DNA from: a bacterium
GTDB lineage: Bacteria; Electryoneota; Electryoneia; Electryoneales; Electryoneaceae
Direction of reading: 5' to 3'
Length of the DNA stretch: 64,000 nt
Assembly: GCA_963669175.1 (NCBI GenBank)
Contig: OY769902.1
Coordinates: 544,001 to 608,000 of the forward strand
Of this stretch, positions 29,980-40,408 are shown piece after piece (position 1 is the first letter of the stretch; every line of letters starts with the position of its first letter). The notes beneath the pieces are model-generated. The model had not been told where the DNA came from, did not search any database, and worked only from the letters and a program-made list of their open reading frames with translations. The translations under genes and the position numbers were made by a program.

Positions 29980-32900
29980 GAGTTTAGCGGAGACATTTGT
30001 TTCCGGCGAAGTTTCCGGCGTGTGGAACGTGGAGGGCTCGCCTTACCTCGTCACCGACACGTTGACTGTCCCCGAAGGGGATACCCTTCGGGTTGAACCC
30101 GGTGTCACTATCACCTTTCTGGATCAGACCGACAGCACACGCACTCCTTTCATCGTGGAGGGGACATTACTAGCGTTGGGCACGGAGGGCGACTCCATTC
30201 GTTTTACCTCACCGGAATGTGGCTTTTTCGGCATCTATGTTCCCTTTGAGCAGTATAACGCCACTATCCACATGGAATATTGTGTGATTGATTCGGCCTA
30301 TAATGGTATTTGGTCCAACAACTGTCATACTGTAGTTAAACATTGCTGTTTTACTGTGGGCTATTGGCCTGTCACCGTGACGAATGGCAATGTTCGGGTG
30401 GAATACTGCACCTTTTTCAAGAGTGCCGGTGGAAACACGAATCTCACGCATGCGGTTTTTTCTTCGGGCGATTCTGTATCCATTCATGATGTGTATGCGC
30501 CTACGACACGAATTCAAATCGGTTCCTGCGGGTTTGTGGATACGGTCTTCAATATCATTGCAGATCAGCTCAATATGAATTTCAGTGCGGCAGAAATCAA
30601 ACAAACTGAGGTGAAGTACATTCATTTATCGAGTGGCAGCTACCATATGTATGATCTGGGCGAGGAAAGTTACCCGGCAGTGCGTTTTTATCGGGCTGAC
30701 ATTCTTGCAGAAGATTGCCACTTGTCCAACGTGATTTTGTCCGAAAGCAGCGGTGTTATTCGTAACAATGAAATCAACGGTGCATCCGTAAGTTTTCGCG
30801 GAGTGCTTGACTTGAACACCTCTTCAGATGTGGACATCTACAACAACATTTTCAATGGAACTGTAACAGCCATATCGATTGGGACGACGGACAATGTAGC
30901 CATTTGGAACAATACTCTTCTATTCGGCTCCAACGGCATTTACCAGACCAGCAGCACGAATATCTCTGTCTGGAACAACATCTTTCAGGGTGATGGGGTA
31001 AGCTGTACCGGCATCAATTGTCTGACTGAAGCGCCGCCAGAAGAGATTCATTACAATACTTTTCATAACCTTTCTCAAGTCACCAACGGTTTTGAGCTGG
31101 ACGAAACCAATCTGGTTACCGATCCCTTCCTTGCTGGCGGTGATCCTTTCGACTACCACTTGCAGGCCAACAGCCCGTGCATTGACGCCGGTGATCCGGA
31201 AAGTCCGGACGATCCCGACGGCACCCGTGCCGATATCGGCTGCTTCTATTACGACCAATCCTTAGACAACCCTCCAGTCCAAACCATCCCCGAAGAAGTC
31301 TTCGCGCAGACCGGACAACTGCTCCGTATTCAGATTATCGCAATCGACGACAACGGCCCCTTCAGCTTCACGTTACCGGACCTTCCGGACTGGCTGACCG
31401 AAGAGGACGAACTGGATTGGGTCAGTGATACGACCGTGGTATCGGGAACCGTGCCCGAAGATGCGGAGGACTTCAGCTTCACGGTGATTGTGGAGGATGG
31501 TGAAGGGCAGACGGATACCTCCCTTGTCACGGTGGATGTTGACCAGCGTAACCTGTTATATGGTGAGATCAGCGGTGTTTTGCATGTTGAGGACAGCCCG
31601 TTCTACGTAGTCGAGGATATTGTCGTCCCCGAAGGTGACAGCCTGGTCATCGAACCGGGATGTGAATTGCAGTTCAGATATGTGGAGGATGAAGAGCAGA
31701 GGATCCGGGTTTACTGTAATGGTTCTCTTATCTGTGAGGGTGTGGAAGGAGACAGTGTTTTTCTGAGAGGAAGCATACAAGATTTGGAATCGGAACAATG
31801 GAGTGGGATAGAACTGACAACGACTTCCAATGCGAACATTGCATACACTAGATTTGAAAATGCCGCAATTGCTATACAAACTAGTGAGGAATGTGATATA
31901 CATGTAGCAAATACATTGTTTTCCAGAAACAATCATTCTATAGTAGCAATAAATGACAGTACTATAACAATTAACTTATGTAGTTTTAGAGCAACAAACA
32001 TGAGTAATACACAAATTATCTTGAATAATTCAAAAACCATTATCACTAATACTATATTCTATGCACAAAATCACATAGCAAATATTAGAGCAGATAATGA
32101 ATCAGTGCTATCAATATCAGATTGTAAATCGTACAATAATGGCTATGTGTCGATAAATATGGGAAGCTATGGCGAAATAAGGAGGTGCAGTTTTTATCAA
32201 ACTCGTCTTGGAGTTACATTTGCCAACCATGCTACAGGTATCGTTTCCAACTGCTTATTTAATGGTTTAGGGACAGACACATTTGGCGCCGGTGTCAGTG
32301 TTCCAAGAAAAGCCATCCATGTTGAAAACAATGTTTTTGTGAACAGCTATTCGGGGGTTCGATTTTTAGCTGTTTCATCCGGTGATACGCTTCCTATTGT
32401 TGTAAATAATTTATTTTTAGGTAACCATTATGCTATACAAGCAGTGGATGGATCAGAAGATTTGACTTCTATTGAATATAATAATTTCTTTGAAAATGAT
32501 TCGCTTGTATATCAATGTACATTAGGTGAAAATAACATGTTTCTAGATCCTTGTATCGTAGATGTAGATTCATTCTATTTGTATAATAATTCTCCACTCA
32601 TTGATGCAGGATATCCCGGTTTATTGCATAATGATAAAGATAGTACCCGCAACGATATTGGCCTATGGGGAGGACCGCATGGCAAGTCCTATGTATATCC
32701 ATTATCAGTCTATGAAAATGAGGTGTTTTTGCCGTCAGAATTCGCAATACTGTCAACCTACCCCAATCCATTCAATTCAAGCCAAGTTGTGACTTTCACT
32801 ACGCCAGAACTAAGTGCTGTAGAGTTCACGCTTTTCAATCTTCTTGGACAATCGGTATTGACAATAGACTGGCCTTCACTGCAACCCGGTTTTCATCACA

Positions 32901-32998
32901 AATCTTACAACGCTTCCGGTTTCGCTTCGGGCGTGTACTTCGTTCAACTATCTACAGGAAAGGAGAGCCAAATACGACGTGTATTTTTGATAAAGTAA
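29924..32998 (+). CDS. Large secreted right-handed beta-helix protein with C-terminal sorting-type domain
   Basis: Two SG....SP(Y/F)...VPEGD.L..EPG modules; YHLQANSPCIDAGDP/DIG motifs; YPNPFNS...ASGVYF tail; alternative in-frame starts at 29612 and 29648. Confidence 0.85.
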   Translation: MRFSVSFFTFFTLLTFFTSSLAETFVSGEVSGVWNVEGSPYLVTDTLTVPEGDTLRVEPGVTITFLDQTDSTRTPFIVEGTLLALGTEGDSIRFTSPECGFFGIYVPFEQYNATIHMEYCVIDSAYNGIWSNNCHTVVKHCCFTVGYWPVTVTNGNVRVEYCTFFKSAGGNTNLTHAVFSSGDSVSIHDVYAPTTRIQIGSCGFVDTVFNIIADQLNMNFSAAEIKQTEVKYIHLSSGSYHMYDLGEESYPAVRFYRADILAEDCHLSNVILSESSGVIRNNEINGASVSFRGVLDLNTSSDVDIYNNIFNGTVTAISIGTTDNVAIWNNTLLFGSNGIYQTSSTNISVWNNIFQGDGVSCTGINCLTEAPPEEIHYNTFHNLSQVTNGFELDETNLVTDPFLAGGDPFDYHLQANSPCIDAGDPESPDDPDGTRADIGCFYYDQSLDNPPVQTIPEEVFAQTGQLLRIQIIAIDDNGPFSFTLPDLPDWLTEEDELDWVSDTTVVSGTVPEDAEDFSFTVIVEDGEGQTDTSLVTVDVDQRNLLYGEISGVLHVEDSPFYVVEDIVVPEGDSLVIEPGCELQFRYVEDEEQRIRVYCNGSLICEGVEGDSVFLRGSIQDLESEQWSGIELTTTSNANIAYTRFENAAIAIQTSEECDIHVANTLFSRNNHSIVAINDSTITINLCSFRATNMSNTQIILNNSKTIITNTIFYAQNHIANIRADNESVLSISDCKSYNNGYVSINMGSYGEIRRCSFYQTRLGVTFANHATGIVSNCLFNGLGTDTFGAGVSVPRKAIHVENNVFVNSYSGVRFLAVSSGDTLPIVVNNLFLGNHYAIQAVDGSEDLTSIEYNNFFENDSLVYQCTLGENNMFLDPCIVDVDSFYLYNNSPLIDAGYPGLLHNDKDSTRNDIGLWGGPHGKSYVYPLSVYENEVFLPSEFAILSTYPNPFNSSQVVTFTTPELSAVEFTLFNLLGQSVLTIDWPSLQPGFHHKSYNASGFASGVYFVQLSTGKESQIRRVFLIK

Positions 32999-33096
32999 AA
33001 AACACCGCACGGAGTAGTCGGCAAACTTCAGCCGTGCGGTGTAACCACAATGATCAACACAAGGGTGTTGATCCTCAAGAAGATAAGGAGTGAAGT

Positions 33097-36000
33097 ATGT
33101 TTAAAAAAGTGCTCTATATCGCTGTATCGGTGCTGCTGGTGACTTCGTTAACTTCAGCGCAGAACTACCTTGATGAAGATATAGATGAAGATCTGACACT
33201 AAATCCAGTCGCATACATTGTACGTGCACAGACTGAAGGCGATGGAATTATTGAAATAATTGATAATGCTACACTGACTATTTCCCCTGGATGTACCCTT
33301 CAGTTCATGCCTGAACGCAGTATTTTTATCGATGGCGGATCCGCGCTAACAGCATCAGGTACAGCCGTTAGCCCAATTATTTTTACCAGTAATTCTGATC
33401 CGCAAGCTGCAGGTGATTGGGGTCAGATCATCTTTGCCGGTGATAATGCCGTTGATGTTGCTACAGGTACTTTCTCCAACTGTATATTTGAGTACGGTGG
33501 CAACGAAGATGACGATACCGGCGGGTTTCCAGATGGCGCTGCTGTCATGGTGGCCGGATTTGCAGATCTGACCGTGGAGTATTCTACCGTACGGTATTGC
33601 GAAGGGACTGCGCTAGGTGTCAATTATGGAAACACACTTGATCCCGTCACCGTGTGTTTTCAGTATAATGATATCTATCATTGTAATTCCGGGATAAAGA
33701 TTTGCGATCATGACGCCAGTTCCATTACCGTTGAAGGCAATAACATTATAAAGCCGTACAGGGAGAGCGGTGACGCAGACGGTGATTACAGCGGCATAGG
33801 TATTTTAATTAACAGTGGCACGATATATACTGATTTATATGTGAAGAACAACAGTGTGGCCTATGCCAGTTCACATGGTGTGATTACCAATGATATAAAT
33901 GAATTCTACAACAATACAATTATTCATTCCATGTTGTGCGGTTTTGTATACAACGGCGTCGTGACTGTAACAGACCATTTCAAGAACAATATCGTCTATG
34001 GTTTCTCGGAACAAGCAGGTATTGATTCTGTTGGAGTCTATGCTCGAACAGCAATGGGCGCTGAGAACTGTTGTGTATATGATCCTGCTGCAGTTGGGTT
34101 TTACAATGTGACCCCTACCGATACGATTCGAACACTTCCAGGTCTGATTGACACTAACGGATTTGTACCGGAAGATCTGGATCTGCACTTGATGTTTTCT
34201 TCCCTGTGTCTCCATTCAGGCGATTCTACGGCAGCCGCGGACACCAACCTGAACGGAACCCACATTGATATGGGAGCCTATGGTGGTATAAAGGCTCGGG
34301 ATTATTATATGGGGGTAACCGGTACTCTTCCCGATGGTGGAAGCATTACAGGTGAAAAGGGATCGCCCTTTTATGTTACCGGTGAAGTGATACTGCCTGC
34401 AGGGGACGAATTCGAGATAGCTTCTGCCGCTGAAGACCTGGTTTTTGAACATGGGCCATCGGCAAAATGGACAATCCTGGGTGACCTGAACATTCGTGGT
34501 ATTTCAAACAGTGTTAACGACAGCCGGGTAAACGTGCAGATCCTGATATAGGATGGACTGGGATACAGTTTTACGGCTCATCAATCGATACACTGATATA
34601 TGTAGAAATATCGGGATCTGATTGTGGTCTGAAGATTGGAGGCAATGCGCAGGTGAAGTATAGTAATCATCTTGTCATTCGTGACATTATTGATGATGGT
34701 ATCCAATCCACGTCGAGCAATCCTTCTGTTTTTAATGATGTTGATATCTCATGTGCAGGCGATTATGGTCTTCGTTGCACAGGAGGTGCTGTCAGCTTCT
34801 CGCTTGGAAGAATAGATTCGTGTGGTACAGGCATCTCCATAACCAATAGTACAGGTTCTGTAATTGATAGTAGCGTTATTGCTTATAGCACTCACTACGG
34901 AGTCTATATCAATAACAGTAATCCTGTAATAAAGCGAAATACAATTTCCCGAAACGGGAAAACAGGGTTGTATTTATATAATACGTCAATAAATGTAGGT
35001 GTAACACGACAAGATATGGGCAATCGTATGGAGTCAAATGGTATGACAGGATCTACTGCATGGGATAGAAGCGAAGTTATGATAAACTTCGGCTCACCTG
35101 GATTCAAGTATTGTCATAACGATTTTGTCAATCAGAATGCATCAACAAATAAGCTGGTGTATATCATGAATGGTACAATTCCTGTCGGTTGTGGCAACTA
35201 TTGGCGTGGTTATGGGCCTGATCCGGAATTCTGGTTTCTCCCGGATGGCGCTATTGATGACGTGTCTTCCTGGGATGTAACCAACAACCGTCCGGCCTTT
35301 ACCAGTACTGTAGACTTGATTACCCTGGCTTCTTCCTTTGAACTGCAAGGTGACTACGAAGATGCGGCGGATACCTATATGCAAGCTTTGGAAGCAGATA
35401 ACGATGTTCTGGGGCTCAGTGGTTGGATCAGGTGCCAGACAATGCTTGGCACATCGCCATCAACCATCCTCGCAGAAGTGGAAACCTGGATTGATGATGA
35501 AACAACAGTTGGTGAGTCCGCTTTCTGGTTCTCTATTGCACTACAGAATGGGATGGCGGATTTTGAAACTTCCATTGACGAGCTTGACGCTTACATTGAC
35601 GACGCTGACACGCCTGAGGATTCTTTACGTGGTGTGTTTGGTCAATTGGTGACCTACTACCAGATGGCACATGCAGAAGAAGGCGGCCTGGGCGTAATGA
35701 ATTACACGGGTGATGATACTGAATCCCAGCCCTTCGGTCTGCCGCAGTTGGGACGTTTGAACTTCCCGGTTCCACGTAACGAAGCGGATTACATGCGAAA
35801 GAGTGATGAGTTGCTGTCCATGTTCGGCCAGATTCACAACCAAGAGTTCGGTGACAATTCAGGTCTCCCAACATCTTACGCCCTTCGTCAGAACTACCCG
35901 AATCCCTTCAACCCGACCACGACGTTGAGCTTTGACCTGATGCGTCCAGAGACGGTCAAGCTATCGGTTTACAACATCATGGGCAAGGAAGTGGCGCGAT

Positions 36001-36134
36001 TGGTGGATCGTCCGATGCAGGCGGGTACGCATAACGTGACTTTCGACGCGAGCCCACTGGCCAGCGGAATGTACTTCTACCGGATCGAGGCGGGATCATT
36101 CACCGATATGAAGCGGATGGTTTTGGTGAAGTAG
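33097..36134 (+). pseudogene. Secreted beta-helix protein with sorting domain, split by a frameshift at ~34518-34551
   Basis: 33097-34551 has the signal peptide; the second frame opens at 34518 and reads KRADPDIGWTGIQF into 34653-36134, ending NYPNPFNPTT...LASGMYFY. Confidence 0.75.
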
Positions 36135-36164
36135 TGTCCGTTGATAATAACAGTGTTCCTTCCG

Positions 36165-36196
36165 CCATAGCCCGAAATGCGAGTTTCGGGCTATGG
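36165..36196 (+). terminator. Terminator-like hairpin
   Basis: CCATAGCCCGAAA-TGCGAG-TTTCGGGCTATGG after the stop; no clear T run. Confidence 0.6.
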
Positions 36197-36523
36197 TCAT
36201 TCAAGTCATCGTCCCACGGCAGTAACACCATGAAAACCTGCGTACCACAACCATGTGAGCCCCGTCACAGCTTGGATAGCAGCATTTTCAACGGTTTCGT
36301 ACTTTTCGGATTCATCTTCTAACCTGGTCTCCGGGTACCCCTTTCGCAGATAAAGAAGCACTGGATTTTTCGTTCAAGCATTGGTAGAGATTCTCAGGAT
36401 GATTATATTGTTTTTACGATCGGGAACCGACGGGGAGAATTTCCTGTTTCCACGTACTCCCCAATGGTGTTACTCCCACCTGTATACCTATCAGCAGCGT
36501 CAACCAGCATCAGTCGGGAATCG

Positions 36524-37132
36524 ATGACAGCTCTATCCGTACAGCGTTCTCCCTCATGGTCCGAGGGTTCGGGCCTGTTGGGCGCATTGGCGATCTTCTT
36601 CGCAGCGTATGCACCGATGTATTCGCTGTTCGGGAAGAGTGTGTCGCTTCTGTGCCTGATTCCGGTGGTGGTCGCTGCGATGGATTTCGGCAGTCGTGGC
36701 GCCCTCCTTGCAACCGCTGCCAGCTTCCCCCTGAACTTGTTCCTGTTGTTCGCGCTTGGCGAAGATTCGGCATTCCCCTGGTTTTCCGTGCTGGATGGAG
36801 TGATCTGGTTCGCTGTGCTGGTTGTGGGACTGGCAACCGGGTACCATTGCGATCTGAGCCGGAAGAAGCGGGAGGATCTGGAACACAGCCGACAGGTGGA
36901 AGAAGACCTGGAGGATACGCTGCTGAAACTGGAGCGATTGAAGCAGCAGGTTCACCCCCGTGGGGGTGTGGTGGCGATCTGTGTCCATTGCATGCGAGTA
37001 AAGGACCATACACAGGAGTGGCAACCGTTTTCCACCCACCTCACTTTCGATGCCAATACGCATTTTGTTCGCAGTGTCTGCCCGGAATGCGAAGAGGAAC
37101 TTACCCACAGGTTTTCGGTGAGGTCGAGGTGA
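36524..37132 (+). CDS. Membrane protein with coiled coil and C-terminal CxxC...CPEC motif
   Basis: About four TM segments, then ICVHC..V....W...VCPEC, as seen at the end of some signalling proteins; start uncertain. Confidence 0.65.
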   Translation: MTALSVQRSPSWSEGSGLLGALAIFFAAYAPMYSLFGKSVSLLCLIPVVVAAMDFGSRGALLATAASFPLNLFLLFALGEDSAFPWFSVLDGVIWFAVLVVGLATGYHCDLSRKKREDLEHSRQVEEDLEDTLLKLERLKQQVHPRGGVVAICVHCMRVKDHTQEWQPFSTHLTFDANTHFVRSVCPECEEELTHRFSVRSR

Positions 37133-37481
37133 ATTTGTTGAAGTGGAAAAAGTGAAAAAGGTAAAGAAAGTACATGTGACGCAGTATGTATTTAAAAAGA
37201 GGTGTATTTCCTTACATCCCCATCATTGACGTCCTTCCTTATCCTGCGCATCCTGTGAATTCTTGATCCAATTCTTGCCAGCCAACCCATTTCTAATTCC
37301 TCATTTCAAATTCCTAACCCGAATATTTCATGAACGAAACATGGATAATCATCTTAACACAGTTCATATCAGCACAATACAACTGATTCATACAGCATTT
37401 TCAGGGTACAGTTTGCTCCGGTAGTCCTTTGCGTGTTTATTCCCTGTTTCGCTGGCAAAATGAGGCTGAGTATCGGCAACC

Positions 37482-37730
37482 GCCCCGGCAGGGGCAACCT
37501 GTATTAGCCCAGGGCTGCCGCCGTCAGTTTGGCGGCTACCCTGGGAGATAAGGCGCACCATATATTTACTCCGGAAGGAGTAACCTGATAATAATCACAA
37601 GTATACGGCGATAATATCTAGGCAACCCGCTGCCGGGGTTGGCAAGTAGCGTACATCCTATTCCCACCGTGAGCGCCAAACAGACGGCGCTGGACGGTGG
37701 GCTAATACAGAGAACCACTGCCGTGGTTCT
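37482..37730. repeat. REP-like doublet related to the cargo of the Tn5-ended MITE
   Basis: CTGTATTAGCCCA/TGGGCTAATACAG inverted arms; loop motif CCGTC(A/T)GTTTGG / CCAAACAGACGG shared with ~22260 and ~22470. Confidence 0.8.
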
Positions 37731-37787
37731 TGTACTGGCCATTTCATCACATACCACATTTGAAATTGCATTGGTGAAATATTCGGG

Positions 37788-38495
37788 CTAATTGATCTCT
37801 CCCGCCAGCAGTAGCACTTCTCCCCGATATTTGGTGTCCGTAGCGACCACTTCATACCGTTCGCAGGTCGCGCCGGGGATGTTCACCACTTTCAGCAGCG
37901 AATCCTGATCCGGGAAATAGTGGATGTGATAATCTTCCGTGTAAAGCAGGTATTCCTGGCAGGGCACCAGTATGACCAGTCGTTTTCGAGTGACACGTTT
38001 CAGTTCTGCGACAGTAGCGTCCAGCGATTTCACATGTTCCAGGGTATGCGCACAAACCGTAACCTCAAAAGCGTTGTCCGCAAAAGGCATCGCTTCCAGG
38101 AATCCCTGTACCATCATAGCGTCCGGGCCAAGACGGTCAGCGGCACGTTTCAATGCAATATGTGACAGGTCGATTCCGCCAACCCGCCTGGACTGACTCT
38201 GCAGCGCCTGTAGCAGGTAACCATCACCACAACCCGCATCCAGGACAGACTCGCATGGTCCCGCAGCTCTGGCAATACGTTGCAGGTCATCCGGGGTCAG
38301 ATCCTGATCATCCCAATGTTGCCAGGATTTCTCGTACACATCCACCCAGTCACGATCCGATGATTGGGACGCTTTTCTGTTCCATTCCACATCAAACCAG
38401 TCCCCGCGCTGTTTGCGGATAATCCGTTTCGAGACAATCCGGTTGTAAGCGTGGTGGATAAATCGTGGCGCTATCTTTTTCAGGAATTGCTTCAT
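37788..38495 (-). CDS. Class I SAM-dependent methyltransferase
   Basis: VLDAGCGDG, GIDLS, MPFADNAF, HTLEHV. Confidence 0.9.
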   Translation of the reverse strand: MKQFLKKIAPRFIHHAYNRIVSKRIIRKQRGDWFDVEWNRKASQSSDRDWVDVYEKSWQHWDDQDLTPDDLQRIARAAGPCESVLDAGCGDGYLLQALQSQSRRVGGIDLSHIALKRAADRLGPDAMMVQGFLEAMPFADNAFEVTVCAHTLEHVKSLDATVAELKRVTRKRLVILVPCQEYLLYTEDYHIHYFPDQDSLLKVVNIPGATCERYEVVATDTKYRGEVLLLAGEIN

Positions 38496-38710
38496 GTTTT
38501 CCGTTTCTGTTACCGCCTGCGGACCGAATCAATGTACGGAATCAGGCAGGCGAGAACACGAACCACGGGGTAGGCCAAAAGGGAAAGCCCGGGATTACAC
38601 TGGTGGACCGTTTCACTTTGACGCCCTCACACATGACGCTTCGCAATGCCCGGGTGCAAGCACGCCGGGCCACACAAAGCCGGGCCACGCATGATATCCA
38701 GGGAATGCTT

Positions 38711-40114
38711 TCAATTCTTCAGGGGGAGCCGGACAGTGAAAGTAGTGCCGGGCGTTGTGGTATCTTCCAGTTCGACATTGCCACCACACCCCTGCAGCGC
38801 CTCACGGCACATCCAGAGCCCAAGACCGGTGCCAACTGGCTTTCTGGTGTCCGGATTTTCATTCGGTGATAGTTTTTTCGTGGTGAAGAAAGGCTCGAAA
38901 ATTCGGTTCCTGATCTCGTCCGGAACACCCGGCCCATTGTCGCGCACTGTTAAAGTCGCCCAACCATTTTCGGCAACCGTGCGCACGTACAGCTCCGGTC
39001 CACTCAGATCATACATGGCTTCCAGGGAATTTCGGACAAGATTGCCTATCACCTGGGCGACGTCGCCGGGAACAACCTGTACGGGCAGTTCTTCTTCGCT
39101 GAGGTTGATGTGTTTGATAACCTCTTTTTTGAAGAAGGGGTCGGCATTCATGAACTGTAGTTCCGAACGAACCAGGTCGTTAAAGTCGATGATGCGATTA
39201 TCGGTGGAAATGTCCATCCTGCCACGTTCCATCAGCGACAGAACCATGTCGTTCAGGTTGGTAACAGCCTGTTCCATATTCAGCACATATTTGTCAATTT
39301 CGCCAGTGTATTCCCAGCAGGAGTGTTGCAACTCATCCTTGCAGTTCTCCATACCTTCTTTGAGGCGTTCGATAGCCATACGAACCAGACGTGCATTTCC
39401 GGAAGCAATTGTGAGGGGATTTTTCAGGTTATGTACAATGCCCTGTACCAGTTGTCCGAATAAAGCCTGCCGTTCCGTTTTCACCAGTTGACGGGTTTGC
39501 TCTTCCAGAACTTCCTCGAGATGTTCCGAGTATTCCTGGATCGTCTGGTTGGCTTTCTGGAGTTCCTGTGTGTTCTGGGTGGCAATGCGTTGCAGGTCAG
39601 CGAGTGTTTCCGCCGTTTCCTCGTTCAAAGCCCATTTTTCCGTCAAAGCCAGCGCCAGTTGACGGACCATATCCGCTTCCAATGGCTTGCGCATCAGGAA
39701 TAATTGATCTGTGTTCCCGAAATGATTGTAAATCGTTTCCCAGGAAAAATCCGAATGAGCTGAAGCCAGAACAATTTGAACGCCGGGATCCTGTTCCCAG
39801 ATTGCTTTAATTGTTTCGATGCCATCCAGCCCCGGATACAGACGAAAATCGATAAATGCCAGCGCGAATGCCTGCCCGGCCTCAACAGCAATAGTGACTT
39901 TTTCTATTGCTTCTTCGCCTGAAGTAGCGTATTCCAACTCATAATAGGGGCGTGATGGTTCCGCTGGAGACGATCCCAGGAATGTATCCTGTGACGCAAT
40001 CAACTCTGTCGGTTCGTCTTCTGGCTGAAGAATGGCAGAGAAAACCTCGTGGATCGATTCATCACTATCGACCACCAGGATCAACCTGTTGGGGGGTAAA
40101 ACAGGGGTCATCAC
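38711..40114 (-). CDS. Hybrid receiver-histidine kinase
   Basis: ILVVD, FID.RL.PGLDG, KP receiver; HNLKNPL H-box; DNGPG, IFEPFFTTK, GTGLGL. Confidence 0.92.
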   Translation of the reverse strand: MMTPVLPPNRLILVVDSDESIHEVFSAILQPEDEPTELIASQDTFLGSSPAEPSRPYYELEYATSGEEAIEKVTIAVEAGQAFALAFIDFRLYPGLDGIETIKAIWEQDPGVQIVLASAHSDFSWETIYNHFGNTDQLFLMRKPLEADMVRQLALALTEKWALNEETAETLADLQRIATQNTQELQKANQTIQEYSEHLEEVLEEQTRQLVKTERQALFGQLVQGIVHNLKNPLTIASGNARLVRMAIERLKEGMENCKDELQHSCWEYTGEIDKYVLNMEQAVTNLNDMVLSLMERGRMDISTDNRIIDFNDLVRSELQFMNADPFFKKEVIKHINLSEEELPVQVVPGDVAQVIGNLVRNSLEAMYDLSGPELYVRTVAENGWATLTVRDNGPGVPDEIRNRIFEPFFTTKKLSPNENPDTRKPVGTGLGLWMCREALQGCGGNVELEDTTTPGTTFTVRLPLKN

Positions 40115-40408
40115 AAGACCTTTTCCGCGATCGCAACGGCCCGGAATCCTTACAGCCGGTTTACCAGGATTCCCTCAAGAACACCTTTTTTCCCTACGCT
40201 GTAAGTATATACCAAAAAATCGTAAAAACAAACATATCCGAATGTGCGCTGGGTCAAGTTTTCTGCATTCAAGACGACGTTTCCAGGTAAGCCCGGTATG
40301 CCATTGGATTGGCGAGACTGCCTTGTAACCTGTTATCCTGACAATAAATATCTTTCAATAAAGCCCGGAAAACAATCATAAAGGTTTGAATCTTTTGTCA
40401 CGGGAGTA

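Noticed and set aside
33010-33045. c-di-GMP-I riboswitch (GGCAAAC)
   Set aside because: The second conserved element (GCAAAGC/tetraloop receptor) is absent
34526-34533. Programmed -1 ribosomal frameshift
   Set aside because: GGGTAAAC is not an X-XXY-YYZ heptamer and no stimulatory structure is evident
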